From Oscillospiraceae bacterium (GTDB lineage Bacteria; Bacillota; Clostridia; Oscillospirales; Oscillospiraceae): a stretch of DNA of 64,000 nucleotides. Made by a program: the position numbers and the translations under genes. Under the pieces are notes generated by a model that was not told where the DNA came from, made no database searches, and worked only from the letters and a program-made list of their open reading frames with translations. The stretch covers positions 221 through 64,220 of the forward strand of contig JAISJH010000068.1 in NCBI GenBank assembly GCA_031261635.1, read 5' to 3'. Positions 7,687 to 17,004 of this stretch are shown here, one piece after another; the first letter of the stretch is position 1, and every line of letters starts with the position of its first letter.

Positions 7687-9549
7687 ATGGAAAATCTAAA
7701 AAACGAACACAGTTCACATACCGGCGCTTGCGAGTGCTGCGAACATTGCGGGGAACACGGCGAAACCTCGGAGCGGGCTGAAAAAAACCAGCGCGGGTTT
7801 CTGTATTTAGGCGGCTTCATATTTATCGGCGCTATGCTGCTGCCCTTGTTCGGCGACGGTTCAGAAACATTTTTTGGCGCGATATCATTAAATTTTATAT
7901 TGTTTATGGGCGCGTACCTGTTTATGGGCTACGGCGTACTGCTTCGCGCGGCGCGGAATATTTTGCGCGGCAAGGTCTTTGACGAGAATTTTCTAATGTC
8001 TATCGCGACAATCGGGGCCTTTGCAATCGGCGAATACCCGGAGGCCGCCGCCGTTATGCTCTTTTATCAAATCGGCGAGGCCTTCCAGGACAGCGCGGTT
8101 GAAAAATCGCGCAAGTCTATCACGTCGCTTATGGACATACGCCCGGATTTCGCGAACGTCCTTGCGGGAGGCGTTGAAACGCGCAGCGACCCCGGCGAGG
8201 TCGCGATTGGCTCGCTGATAGTCGTAAAACCCGGCGAGCGCGTACCGCTTGACGGCGTTATTGTGAGCGGCTCGGCGGCGCTTGACACCTCCGCGCTTAC
8301 GGGCGAAGCGCTGCCGCGCGACGTTTCAGGCGGCGACAGCGTGTTATCGGGCGTAGTCAACCTCAACGGCGTGCTGACAATCGAAACCACCGCGAGCTTC
8401 GGGGAATCGGCGGTATCAAAAATCCTGCGCCTCGTAGAGGAAGCGCAGGAAAAGAAAGCCCCGATTGAGAATTTTACTACACGGTTCGCGCATTATTATA
8501 CGCCTGTTGTGGTTATAGCCGCGCTCGTGATAGCCGTAGTGCCGCCGCTTGTCATATCCGGCGCGAGCTTCTGGGAATGGCTTCATAGAGGCTTAGTATT
8601 CCTCGTAATCTCCTGCCCCTGCGCCCTAGTTCTGTCCGTGCCGCTGTCGTATTTTGCGGGAATAGGCGCGGCGTCGAAGCGCGGAGTGCTTGTAAAAGGC
8701 GGCAATTTCCTTGACGCGCTCACGAAAGTTGACACGGTGGTGTTTGACAAAACCGGGACGCTTACGACCGGAACGCCCGTGGTATCGGCCGTGACCTGCG
8801 ATAAGGAGGCTCTACGAATAGCGGCTTCCGCGGAAAAATTTTCTAATCACCCGCTGGCAAAACTATACGTAGAGGCAAACAAAGAGGACTTATACCCGGT
8901 CGAAAATTTCACGGAAACGGCGGGCAAAGGAATAAGCGCGACGGTTAACGGAAACAAGGTAGAAGTAGGACGCTACGGCGTAATAATCAACGGCGAAGCC
9001 CGCGGCGGCTTAGTAATCTCCGACAACATAAAACCCGGCTCTAAAACAGTTATCAAGGGGCTTGAAAAACTCGGTATAGCTACGGCTATGCTGACAGGCG
9101 ACACCGCCGCGAACGCTAACGCCACGGCCTCCGCGCTCGGTATTACAAGCGTCTTTTCAGAGCTTTTGCCAACTGACAAGGTTGCCGCAATTGAGCGTTT
9201 TCAAAAGGAAAACCACTTCACGGCTATGGTCGGGGACGGCATAAACGACGCTCCCGTACTGGCGCTTGCGGACATAGGCGTGGCAATGGGGCAAATCGGC
9301 TCCGACGCGGCCCTCGAAGCGAGCGACATAGTGCTAATGACAGACGACCCCGCCGCGCTCTTAGCGGGTCTCGCGATAGCAAGAAAAACGCGCGGGATAG
9401 TCCTGCAAAACATAGTGTTCATACTGGTAGTAAAAGCGGTCGTACTGACGCTAGGCGCGATAGGCCTGGCCGGAATGTGGGCGGCAGTATTCGCCGACGT
9501 AGGCGTTGCCGCGATAGCGGTGGTAAACTCAATGCGCGCGCTGAAATGA
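7687..9549 (+). CDS. cadA: heavy-metal (Cd/Zn/Co-type) translocating P1B-type ATPase
   Basis: Cys/His-rich N-terminus (HTGACECCEHCGEHGE), CPC in the TM helix (SCPCALVLSVP), DKTGTLT phosphorylation site, and GDGINDAP hinge. Confidence 0.9.
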   Translation: MENLKNEHSSHTGACECCEHCGEHGETSERAEKNQRGFLYLGGFIFIGAMLLPLFGDGSETFFGAISLNFILFMGAYLFMGYGVLLRAARNILRGKVFDENFLMSIATIGAFAIGEYPEAAAVMLFYQIGEAFQDSAVEKSRKSITSLMDIRPDFANVLAGGVETRSDPGEVAIGSLIVVKPGERVPLDGVIVSGSAALDTSALTGEALPRDVSGGDSVLSGVVNLNGVLTIETTASFGESAVSKILRLVEEAQEKKAPIENFTTRFAHYYTPVVVIAALVIAVVPPLVISGASFWEWLHRGLVFLVISCPCALVLSVPLSYFAGIGAASKRGVLVKGGNFLDALTKVDTVVFDKTGTLTTGTPVVSAVTCDKEALRIAASAEKFSNHPLAKLYVEANKEDLYPVENFTETAGKGISATVNGNKVEVGRYGVIINGEARGGLVISDNIKPGSKTVIKGLEKLGIATAMLTGDTAANANATASALGITSVFSELLPTDKVAAIERFQKENHFTAMVGDGINDAPVLALADIGVAMGQIGSDAALEASDIVLMTDDPAALLAGLAIARKTRGIVLQNIVFILVVKAVVLTLGAIGLAGMWAAVFADVGVAAIAVVNSMRALK

Positions 9550-9556
9550 GCGAGGG

Positions 9557-9591
9557 GCTTGTAGGGACGACCAAAGGTCGCCCCTACAAGC
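9557..9591. terminator. bidirectional hairpin between convergent genes
   Basis: GCTTGTAGGGACGACC-AAA-GGTCGCCCCTACAAGC lies between the stops at 9549 (+) and 9593 (-). Confidence 0.6.
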
Positions 9592-9592
9592 G

Positions 9593-10456
9593 TTATATCA
9601 ACAGCGCGACGCTTATTTCGTCGCCTATCGGCATATATGCCGCGTTGTGCTTTTCGCAAAATTCGTCCAGAGCTATTTTTACGCCGGAATAGCCGGGGTT
9701 GAAAAAGTCGTGGACTAGTATCACGCCGCCTTTAACCATCAACGGCCGGAAAAATTCAAGACCCGCGAGCGTCGGATTATATAAGTCAAAGTCGAGGTTT
9801 ACAAACACGAACCTGTCATTGACAGTTCCCGCGCTATCGGGAAAGTAGCCTTTACGGATTATCGCTTTTTCCGGGTGGGGGAGAGTTTTCCGCACAGCTT
9901 CCTCCGTAGCGGTGTCGAGCTTCAGATGCCCCGCGTCAAACGCTGAAAAGCCCTTGGCTTTTTCAAGTTCCGTATCCCGCGCGTCAAAGCCCTCGAAAGT
10001 GTCGAATAAGTAAAGCGTTCTGTCGGGAAAATGCTCGTTTATTTTCTTTGCGAAAATACCCTCGCATACGCCTCCCTCGGCGACGCTGCCTTTGATGTTT
10101 TTGTCGTATACAATTTTCGCGAAATCGCGGAGGAACCTGTCGCGCGTAACGGTTGAGGACGATACATAACTTGTGTCTATTTTTTCGCGCGGAATACCGA
10201 GCGTGTTGACGCAGTATTCCTCAATGACAGAATATGACATTACCGAAGCCACGATAATTTTGTCATACTCCAAACTTCGGAGTTCCAGAGGGCTGACTAC
10301 GGGCAGGTCAAATACTTTGGTTCCCCAATATTTTTCCTGCGAATCGGTGAAAGCGACAATTTTTAATTCCTTACCGCCCGTTTGTTCCAGGGTTTTCCAG
10401 AAAATGCTGTTTTTGTTGGTAGCGGTTGCCCCTACGCCGTAGATAATCGCGGTCAT
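9593..10456 (-). CDS. TylF/MycF-like class I SAM-dependent O-methyltransferase with an N-terminal Rossmann-like extension
   Basis: GSVAEGGVCEGIFA, LYLFDTFEGF, and VNLDFDLYNPTLAGLEFFRPLMVKGGVILVHDF match the macrocin-O-methyltransferase fold. ATG at 10456 is preceded by AGGAGG. The track ORF start at 10522 is upstream of the SD. Confidence 0.7.
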   Translation of the reverse strand: MTAIIYGVGATATNKNSIFWKTLEQTGGKELKIVAFTDSQEKYWGTKVFDLPVVSPLELRSLEYDKIIVASVMSYSVIEEYCVNTLGIPREKIDTSYVSSSTVTRDRFLRDFAKIVYDKNIKGSVAEGGVCEGIFAKKINEHFPDRTLYLFDTFEGFDARDTELEKAKGFSAFDAGHLKLDTATEEAVRKTLPHPEKAIIRKGYFPDSAGTVNDRFVFVNLDFDLYNPTLAGLEFFRPLMVKGGVILVHDFFNPGYSGVKIALDEFCEKHNAAYMPIGDEISVALLI

Positions 10457-10614
10457 ATTGTTGTCCTCCTGATTTTTAGATGAGAACATTATAACACAAA
10501 GAATTACCTTATTTAGCAACAAAACGTGAGTAATTTACGAAAACCACAACTTATCGTGAGTGTTTGCGAAAACTGCTTGCATATATGCCTTTTTGCCTAT
10601 AAAATAGGTAAGAG

Positions 10615-10932
10615 GTGTATGCTGTGTACGGACAAAATATAGCGTATCTGCGGAACCGCAAGGGGCTAACACAAAAGGCGCTTGCCGCCGAACTGAATAT
10701 CTCCGGCGGCGCGCTTGGTATGTACGAAGTGGAAAAACGCGAGCCGGATATTGCCGTAATGCAAAAAATCGCGGAATACTTCGGTGTTGATATAGGCTTC
10801 ATAATCACAGGCAGACTGTCAGGCACCTCCGACCCGCTATTTGAGCGCATATGCCGCCTGTCGCCTGAAAGCCGCGCGGATATTGAAAAATATACGGAAC
10901 TGCTGGAATTGAAAGAGAAGCACGGAAAATAG
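10615..10932 (+). CDS. XRE-family helix-turn-helix transcriptional regulator
   Basis: IAYLRNRKGLTQKALAAELNISGGALGMYEVEKREPDIAVMQKIAEYFGV. The start is uncertain (GTG 10615 or GTG 10624). Confidence 0.8.
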   Translation: MYAVYGQNIAYLRNRKGLTQKALAAELNISGGALGMYEVEKREPDIAVMQKIAEYFGVDIGFIITGRLSGTSDPLFERICRLSPESRADIEKYTELLELKEKHGK

Positions 10933-10968
10933 CGCGGAACATAAGTATATGTATAACGGCAAGCCAAC

Positions 10969-11004
10969 GCCGACACTCTTAGAAATATATCTAAGGGTGT
11001 CGGC
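10969..11004. terminator. hairpin between convergent genes
   Basis: GCCGACACTCTTAG-N8-CTAAGGGTGTCGGC. Confidence 0.55.
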
Positions 11005-11039
11005 GCCGTGCTGTCGCGGGGCGAGGGGCTTGTGCCGGC

Positions 11040-11447
11040 TTACGTACCCGAACCGCCCGCGGCGTTTTGTTCCGCTTGTTCCGCTAGCTTTTGTTCGGTC
11101 TGTTCCGCGAGCTTTTTCGCTTTTTTCTTTGAGGAGGCAAGTCTTGCCGCACTGCGTTTTTGTTCCTGCAGCGCCAGTCGTTCCTGCTCTTTCTGGCGTT
11201 CGGCTTCCTCCGCGCGCAGGCGTAGTTTTTCCGCTGTCGCCTCGCGCAGTTTGATTATTTCGTCCGTTATATTTTCCCGCGCCTTGGAATCGTCAAGTTC
11301 CAGAAACGTTTCAAAGGCGAACGGATAGATAAACTGTTTCGCGCCGTATTCCCCGCCGAAGTCGACCGTAACCGCGCTCTCGCTCTGCTCGCTGACTCTG
11401 CCCTCGCCGTACTTTTTGTGGCTGACTTTTTCGTTAATAATATTCAT
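11040..11447 (-). CDS. hypothetical protein: small N-terminal beta-rich domain plus K/E/Q-rich coiled-coil tail
   Basis: 135 aa, co-directional with and 4 nt downstream of the CarD-like gene. The N-terminus KVSHKKYGEGRVSE..VTVDF loosely resembles a CarD/Tudor-like barrel. The tail is low complexity. Confidence 0.4.
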   Translation of the reverse strand: MNIINEKVSHKKYGEGRVSEQSESAVTVDFGGEYGAKQFIYPFAFETFLELDDSKARENITDEIIKLREATAEKLRLRAEEAERQKEQERLALQEQKRSAARLASSKKKAKKLAEQTEQKLAEQAEQNAAGGSGT

Positions 11448-11451
11448 AGTT

Positions 11452-11949
11452 TCACATCTCCTTTAATCTTTCCGCTATATAACTCTGCACTTCGGCTTTT
11501 TCGACATTGAGCGCGGTGGCGAGTTCCCCGTACAGCAGGCTTTCCGCTATTTTCTTGTATTTCGCGTCCACAACGCCGAGCGTTTTCTTAGCGTTTCGCG
11601 CGTCGCGCCGCTTCGCGTAAATCGACATCGTAAGCTCAATAAGGTCGGGGACGGAGTTTCGCAGAACGAACTGCCGGTAATGCGTGTCAAGCTCCTTGAA
11701 CTCGCGGCTGTTAAACGTTTTCACGTCGTTCTCTGAAATTTTGCTGATAAGGTGTTCGGCTTCCTCCTTAGAGATTACCGGGCGCATAGTGATTTTAGTA
11801 TCTACAGGCGTAGTGATAGTCAGTTCCTGGAACAGCGATTTGATTACGTAACACAAAACGCCCTCCGCGTCGTCGGGTTCGCGCGTAATATCCTCGACCC
11901 TGCAAACGCCTGAAACGCCGTAGACGACCAAATCGCCTATGTTAAACAT
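11452..11949 (-). CDS. CarD/CdnL family RNA-polymerase-binding transcriptional regulator
   Basis: N-terminal FNIGDLVVYGVSGVCRVEDI (CarD_CdnL_TRCF domain) plus a helical C-terminal domain; 165 aa. Confidence 0.75.
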   Translation of the reverse strand: MFNIGDLVVYGVSGVCRVEDITREPDDAEGVLCYVIKSLFQELTITTPVDTKITMRPVISKEEAEHLISKISENDVKTFNSREFKELDTHYRQFVLRNSVPDLIELTMSIYAKRRDARNAKKTLGVVDAKYKKIAESLLYGELATALNVEKAEVQSYIAERLKEM

Positions 11950-12077
11950 AATTAAATCACCTCCCCGGATAAAACTGGCGAAAGCCTCACCCTAACTACA
12001 GGTTTGTATATATATTATAACACAATCCCCGCAATTTTGCAAGCGTGATTTTTCAAAAGTGTTCACATAAGTTGTCG

Positions 12078-12772
12078 AGGCGCACCCCCCTCTAAAGAGG
12101 GGGGCTTTGGAGGGAGGGACGAGGGTTGCGGGGGAAAGATTGAGGGGCTACGTAGGGGCGGGGTTCAAACCCGCCCTCCTCCGTCCCGGCGCCCTCCTCC
12201 GTCCCGGCGCCCTCCTCCGTCCCGGCGCCCTCCTCCGTCCCGGCGCCGTGCGCCGTCTTTGCGAAGCACCGGTAAGCCCGCGATACGTAGGACGTTACAG
12301 GTGCGAAGCAATCCAGTGCCGGGGGGACAACATACGTCCCAACGTATCTTGGGTACCTACGTCAACCCTGGATTGCTTCGCCGCATATCATCGGTACGTA
12401 TCGCAAGTGCGGTGGCGGCTTCGCAAAGACGGTGCGCCGGGGGGCGCACCACGGGCAGGGCGAAGCCCCGCCCTGTCCCGGCGCAATGCGCCGGGACGGT
12501 GGACGGGGTTACGCCGCGCACGGCGCGGGGAGGGGTTTTGCACACGTCTGTAGGGGCGAGGCTCGCCTCGCCCGGTTGCCAATTTCCCCCGGTTGCCAGT
12601 TTTACCCCAGTAATCCGGGCGAGGCAAGCCTCGCACCTACAGACCGCAACGTACATTTGGAAACCCCGCAACCCCCGTCCAAACCCCCGTCTCTGATATT
12701 TGATATTTGATATTTGATAACTGTTATCTGTTATTTGCTATCTGTTATTTGCTGTCTGCTATCTGATAACTG
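12078..12772. repeat. composite intergenic mosaic repeat with an 18-mer x4 tandem array and an 11-unit heptad tail
   Basis: CCCTCCTCCGTCCCGGCG x4 at 12174-12245. Nested palindrome GTCTTTGCGAAGC...CAATCCAGTGCCGG (12309-12322)...CTGGATTGCTTCGC...GCTTCGCAAAGAC. Terminal module CGTCTCTGATATTTGATATTT followed by TGNTATY heptads to 12772. Confidence 0.9.
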
Positions 12773-12782
12773 AAAAAAGCCC

Positions 12783-12812
12783 TTGACATTACTGTGCTAA
12801 AGGGAGTATAAT
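12783..12812 (+). promoter_or_regulatory. sigma-A promoter upstream of the thiolase gene
   Basis: TTGACA 12783-12788, 18-nt spacer, TATAAT 12807-12812. It is followed by the near-palindrome TGTACA-CAGTGC-TGTACT, a possible operator. Confidence 0.6.
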
Positions 12813-12875
12813 GGTATCTGTACACAGTGCTGTACTAATATTTCCCTTGCCTGTAACGAAAGGAAACGTTTTACA

Positions 12876-14069
12876 ATGAGAGATGTTGTAATAGTCGAAG
12901 CTGTCCGGACGGCTGTCGGGACAATCGGCGGCACGCTCAAAAGCACACCGCCGGAGGAGCTTGCGCGGGTAGTGCTTAAGGCTATCCTCGACCGCTCGGG
13001 GCTTGACCCGGCGAAGGTTAACGAGGTCGTGCTGGGTCACTGCCGTCAGTCCAGCGACAACCCCAATATCGCGCGTATCGCGGCTCTCCGCGCCGGAATA
13101 CCGGAGGAAACTCCCTCCTATACCGTTATGCGCCAGTGCGCCTCCGCGCTTTGCGCCGTCAATAACGGCGTTATGTCTATTCAGTCCGGCGACTGCGATA
13201 TTGTTATCGCGGGCGGTACGGAATCTATGTCTATGGCGCCGTTCTATATCAGAAACGCGCGTTTTGGTCTGGGGACAGGCTCTACGGAGCTGCTTGACAG
13301 CCTCACCGAAGGGCAGTTCCAGTCACAGCCTAACGAAACCTACGGACGGTTTAATATGGGTATGACAGCCGACAACGTAGCTGAAAAGTATAATCTGAAA
13401 CGCGAGGACTTGGACGCGTTCTCACTGCGTTCGCAGCAGCGGGCGTTGAAAGCCATCGCGGACGGAAAATTCAAGGACGAAATCGTCCCCGTAACTATCC
13501 CGCAGCGCAAGGGCGAGCCGATTGTTTTCGACACGGACGAGTTCCCCCGCGAAACCACCCTTGAAAAACTCGCGAAGCTAAAACCTGTTTTCAAGCAGGA
13601 CGGAGTTACGACCGCCGGAAGTTCAAGCGGACGCAACGACGGAGCGAGCGCGGTACTTCTTATGGCTCGCGAAACCGCCGAAGCCTTAGGCTTCAAGCCG
13701 CTTGCGAGGTTTGTATCGTTCGCGAACGCCGGGGTTGACCCGCGCTATATGGGCATTGGTCCAGTTCCCGCGACGCGCAAGGCCTTAGACCGCGCGGGGC
13801 TGACTGTTAAAGACCTCGGCCTGGTCGAGCTGAACGAAGCCTTCGCGGCGCAGTCCGTGGCTTGTATCAACGAATTAGGGCTTGACACCGATATAACAAA
13901 CGTCAACGGCGGCGCGATTGCCCTGGGTCACCCCGTAGGCTCGAGCGGCTGCCGTATACTGGTAACGCTCCTGTACGAAATGCGCCGCCGCAAGGTCAAG
14001 TACGGCCTCGCGAGCCTCTGCATAGCGGGAGGTATGGGAACGGCTGATATTATTGAGCTTTTGGATTAA
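12876..14069 (+). CDS. acetyl-CoA C-acetyltransferase (thiolase II)
   Basis: [16 protein letters not shown]-terminus, active-site Cys region (VMRQCASAL), [19 protein letters not shown], and CIAGGMG at the C-terminus. Confidence 0.9.
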   Translation: MRDVVIVEAVRTAVGTIGGTLKSTPPEELARVVLKAILDRSGLDPAKVNEVVLGHCRQSSDNPNIARIAALRAGIPEETPSYTVMRQCASALCAVNNGVMSIQSGDCDIVIAGGTESMSMAPFYIRNARFGLGTGSTELLDSLTEGQFQSQPNETYGRFNMGMTADNVAEKYNLKREDLDAFSLRSQQRALKAIADGKFKDEIVPVTIPQRKGEPIVFDTDEFPRETTLEKLAKLKPVFKQDGVTTAGSSSGRNDGASAVLLMARETAEALGFKPLARFVSFANAGVDPRYMGIGPVPATRKALDRAGLTVKDLGLVELNEAFAAQSVACINELGLDTDITNVNGGAIALGHPVGSSGCRILVTLLYEMRRRKVKYGLASLCIAGGMGTADIIELLD

Positions 14070-14072
14070 ATA

Positions 14073-14515
14073 ACAGTTATCAAATATCAAATATCAGAGA
14101 CGATGGGTTGGACGAGGGTTGCGGAGATGGAACAGGCAAATTCCCCTCTTGGGAGGGGTGGCGCGAAGCGCCGGGGTGGTCTCCCGCCGCAGCGACCGTA
14201 CTCCGTCCCTCCCCCGTCATTGCGAGCCGCGGTAAGCTTGCGATACGTAGCAATGAGACCGGCGCGGCAATCCAGTGCCGGGGGCGTAACTTACGGTATC
14301 TGTGGCTTATACTACTGGATTGCTTCGCGCCTAAACCTTGGTTGTATGTTAAGTTTTCCGGCGCTCGCAAAGACGGTGCGCCGGGACGTAAGACGTAGGA
14401 CGTAGGTCATTGGACGTAGAACGTAGAACGAGGCTTGCGCGGCAACGCGGTTCATATACCCCGCGCAATGACAATCGTCCCATTATTCATTATTAACTAT
14501 TCACTATTCATTAAT
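14073..14515. repeat. composite intergenic mosaic repeat
   Basis: Terminal module at 14073-14102, CCCCTCTTGGGAGGGG hairpin, GTCATTGCGAGCCGCG...CAATCCAGTGCCGG...CTGGATTGCTTCGCGCC...GGCGCTCGCAAAGAC nested palindrome, GGACGTAG 7-8-mer run, and an ATTATTC/ACTATTC heptad tail abutting the SD of the next gene. Confidence 0.85.
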
Positions 14516-14535
14516 ATAACTGGAGGGTACTACAA

Positions 14536-15333
14536 ATGGCATTATTCGACTTAACAGGCAAGGGCGCGGTTGTAATCGGCGGCGCGGGCGGCTTAGGACA
14601 GGCAATCGCGCAGGGTTTAGCGCAGGCGGGGGCTAAGGTTCTTATTTCGAGCCGCAAAGAGGACGCGCTTAAACGCGCTCAGGACGAAATTAAGGCCGCG
14701 ACGGGTCTTAGCGTTGAGTACGCGACAGGTGACGCTTCCGTCGAAGCCGACGTTATCGCGCTTGTTAAAACTTCCGTCTCAAAACTCGGAAAAGTGGACA
14801 TACTTGTTAACGCGCAGGGTTTCAACAAGAAGCAGGACGCGCTGGACTTCGATTTGGCTGTATTCGCGCAGATGCTTACGGCGAACGTTACCTCCGTTAT
14901 GACGACGGCGAAACACTTCGGAGCGCATATGAAGGCTAACGGCTACGGCAAGATTGTCAACCTTTCAAGCGTTCGCGGCAAGATTGCCACTAAAACCCCC
15001 GGCAACGCCGGCTACTGTGCCACAAAGGGCGCGGTGGATATGCTTACGAAACAGCTCGCGAGCGAGTTCGGCCCCTTCGGTATTACCGTTAACGCGATTG
15101 GTCCGAACATTACCGAAACCCCGATGATGTCCGAGATTTTCAAGAAACGCGCGGCGGACGCCGGAATCCCGATTGAGGAATACCTCAAAGGACAGGCGGC
15201 AGACCTCCCGCTACGCCGTATGGCGCAGCCGGACGACTGTGTGGGAACGGTAGTGTTCCTCGCGGCTCCCGCAAGCGACTTTATGACGGGCAATATCCTC
15301 TACCCCGACGGCGGCCTAGTCGCGGTGGGCTAA
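14536..15333 (+). CDS. SDR family oxidoreductase (FabG / gluconate-5-dehydrogenase-like)
   Basis: GGAGGLG cofactor motif, NAQG, and catalytic YCATKGAV; 265 aa. Confidence 0.85.
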   Translation: MALFDLTGKGAVVIGGAGGLGQAIAQGLAQAGAKVLISSRKEDALKRAQDEIKAATGLSVEYATGDASVEADVIALVKTSVSKLGKVDILVNAQGFNKKQDALDFDLAVFAQMLTANVTSVMTTAKHFGAHMKANGYGKIVNLSSVRGKIATKTPGNAGYCATKGAVDMLTKQLASEFGPFGITVNAIGPNITETPMMSEIFKKRAADAGIPIEEYLKGQAADLPLRRMAQPDDCVGTVVFLAAPASDFMTGNILYPDGGLVAVG

Positions 15334-15341
15334 TCCAGTTA

Positions 15342-15740
15342 ACAGTTAGCAAATATCAAATATCAGAGACGTGGGGTTTGGACGCGGGGTGCGTTTGCGC
15401 GTTATTACACGCCCGTAGGGGCGGGTTTCAAACCCGCCCTCCCCCGTCCCGGTGCCGTGCGCCGAGGGCGGGGCGTAGCCCCAGCCCGTCATTGCGAGCC
15501 GCGGAACGCGTAAGATACGTAGGATTGAAACCGGCGCGGCAATCCAGTGCCGGGAGCGTAACTTACGTATCTGTGGCTTATACTTACGGTATCTGAGGCT
15601 TATCCTACTGGATTGCTTCGCGCCTAAACCTTGGTTGTATGTTGAGCCTCCCGGCGCTCGCAATGACGAACTCTTAAATCTCCGCGCTAACGCTTAAATT
15701 CTCGCATTATTCATTATTAAATATTAACTATTCATTATAT
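15342..15740. repeat. composite intergenic mosaic repeat
   Basis: Terminal module at 15342-15371 (ACAGTTAGCAAATATCAAATATCAGAGACG), GGGGCGGGTTTCAAACCCGCCC, the GTCATTGCGAGCCGCG...CAATCCAGTGCCGG...CTGGATTGCTTCGCGCC...GCGCTCGCAATGAC palindrome, and an ATTATTC heptad tail. Confidence 0.85.
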
Positions 15741-15757
15741 TACGGAGGAATACTACT

Positions 15758-16660
15758 ATGGCTTATATGCCGCTTGACAAGAGCAAGTTCCATTTGGACA
15801 AGTCCACTATGACGAAAATCCACGACCTTTCTAATCCCTGGGGCGTTGACACGCCGCTTTGGCCGTTTCCCGGGCCTCGCGCCGACCTCGCTTTTCCGCG
15901 CGGGCAGTATCTCGGACGCTTCCATAAGAGAACGATGACCTATACCGGGACGCTTCACGCCGGAACGCATATGGACGCTCCTAACCACGTCCTCCACGAG
16001 GAGGAAGTCGACCGCGAGCGTTACGGTTATACTTTCGCAGAAATCCCGCTTGAGCATTGTATCGGCAGCGGCGTTATACTCGATATGACCTACCTCTTTG
16101 ACGAGTTCAACGCTAAATGGGACGCGGCGGGCGGCGACCCCACAAAATTCGGCGACATCTGGGTAGAGCTGAAGCCCGAGCATTTTGAAAAGGCACTCAA
16201 AAAGGACAATCTCGAAATCCGCCCGAATGACTGGGTTGTCGTGAACACCGGCTTCCAGCGTCTGTGGCGCAAGAATAATGACAAGTATTATAACTACTAC
16301 CCCGGTATGGGTCCCGAAGTCGCTAAGTGGCTCATTCACGAAAAAAAGATTAAGGGCATAAGCGGCACCTGGGGCGCGACTGACGCTCCGCTTTGGCACT
16401 ATCCGCTGAAAGAGCAAATGCCCTGGCTTGATACCGCTTACAAGGACGCTACGGGACACGACGCGTCTGAAAAATTCCACGACTACGAACCCTGCCACCG
16501 CCTCTTTATGCAGCACGGCGTTGTAACAGTAGAAAACGCCGGAGGCGACATCGACGAGGTAAGCGGCAAACGTATGACAATAGCCGCGTTCCCCTTCCGC
16601 TGCGAAATGGCCGACGGCGGCTTTGTAAGGCTCGTAGCGTGGGAAGAAGGAAAGTTCTAA
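15758..16660 (+). CDS. cyclase family protein (kynurenine-formamidase-like metal hydrolase fold)
   Basis: LHAGTHMDAPNHV matches the HxGTHxDxPxH motif of the putative cyclase family; 300 aa. Confidence 0.7.
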   Translation: MAYMPLDKSKFHLDKSTMTKIHDLSNPWGVDTPLWPFPGPRADLAFPRGQYLGRFHKRTMTYTGTLHAGTHMDAPNHVLHEEEVDRERYGYTFAEIPLEHCIGSGVILDMTYLFDEFNAKWDAAGGDPTKFGDIWVELKPEHFEKALKKDNLEIRPNDWVVVNTGFQRLWRKNNDKYYNYYPGMGPEVAKWLIHEKKIKGISGTWGATDAPLWHYPLKEQMPWLDTAYKDATGHDASEKFHDYEPCHRLFMQHGVVTVENAGGDIDEVSGKRMTIAAFPFRCEMADGGFVRLVAWEEGKF

Positions 16661-16689
16661 ACCTTGTATTAGTAATGCAGGATTTACAG

Positions 16690-16992
16690 AACTCAGCCCC
16701 TGCCCCCTTCCGGAGAAGGGGGTGCCTCCGCAGAGGCGGGGGTTGTTCTCTAAGAATTGCGGTAACCCTTAAAGACCAACCCCCGCCGCCTGCGGGCGGC
16801 ACCCCCTTCGTGCGCGAAGGGGGCAGGGAGCGGGAATAGTGCGCGATAAACCGCGTCCCTACGTCCCGCCGCCTGCGGGCGGCACCCCCTTCGTGCGCGA
16901 AGGGGGCAGGGAGCGGGAATAGGGCGCGATAAATCGCGCCCCTACGTCCCGCCCCCGTCTCTGATATTTGATATTTGATAACTGTTAACTGA
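16690..16992. repeat. composite intergenic mosaic repeat containing an 83-bp tandem duplication
   Basis: CCCGCCGCCTGCGGGCGGCACCCCCTTCGTGCGCGAAGGGGGCAGGGAGCGGGAATAG.GCGCGATAAA.CGCG.CCCTACGT occurs twice (16782-16864 and 16865-16947). The terminal module CGTCTCTGATATTTGATATTTGATAACTGT is at 16956-16985. Confidence 0.9.
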
Positions 16993-17004
16993 AATTAAAA
17001 GGAG

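Noticed and set aside
12150-12175. tRNA-like T-arm motif (GGGGCGGGGTTCAAACCCGCCC and the frequent GGGCGGGTTTCAAACCCGCCC)
   Set aside because: It is only a 7-bp stem with a 7-nt loop resembling a T-arm. No acceptor, D or anticodon arms can be drawn around any copy, and the motif recurs more than 10 times as a repeat module.
15740-16516. Long antisense ORFs inside real genes: 15740-16516 (-), 17020-17829 (-), 7018-7482 (-), 9201-9659 (-), 50198-50875 (-), 56377-57042 (-), 60000-60437 (-), 63296-63985 (-), and several inside the S-layer cassettes
   Set aside because: Each lies opposite or out of frame to a gene with clear family motifs. Each lacks an SD and a recognisable domain and shows the compositional bias expected of non-coding frames in GC-rich DNA.
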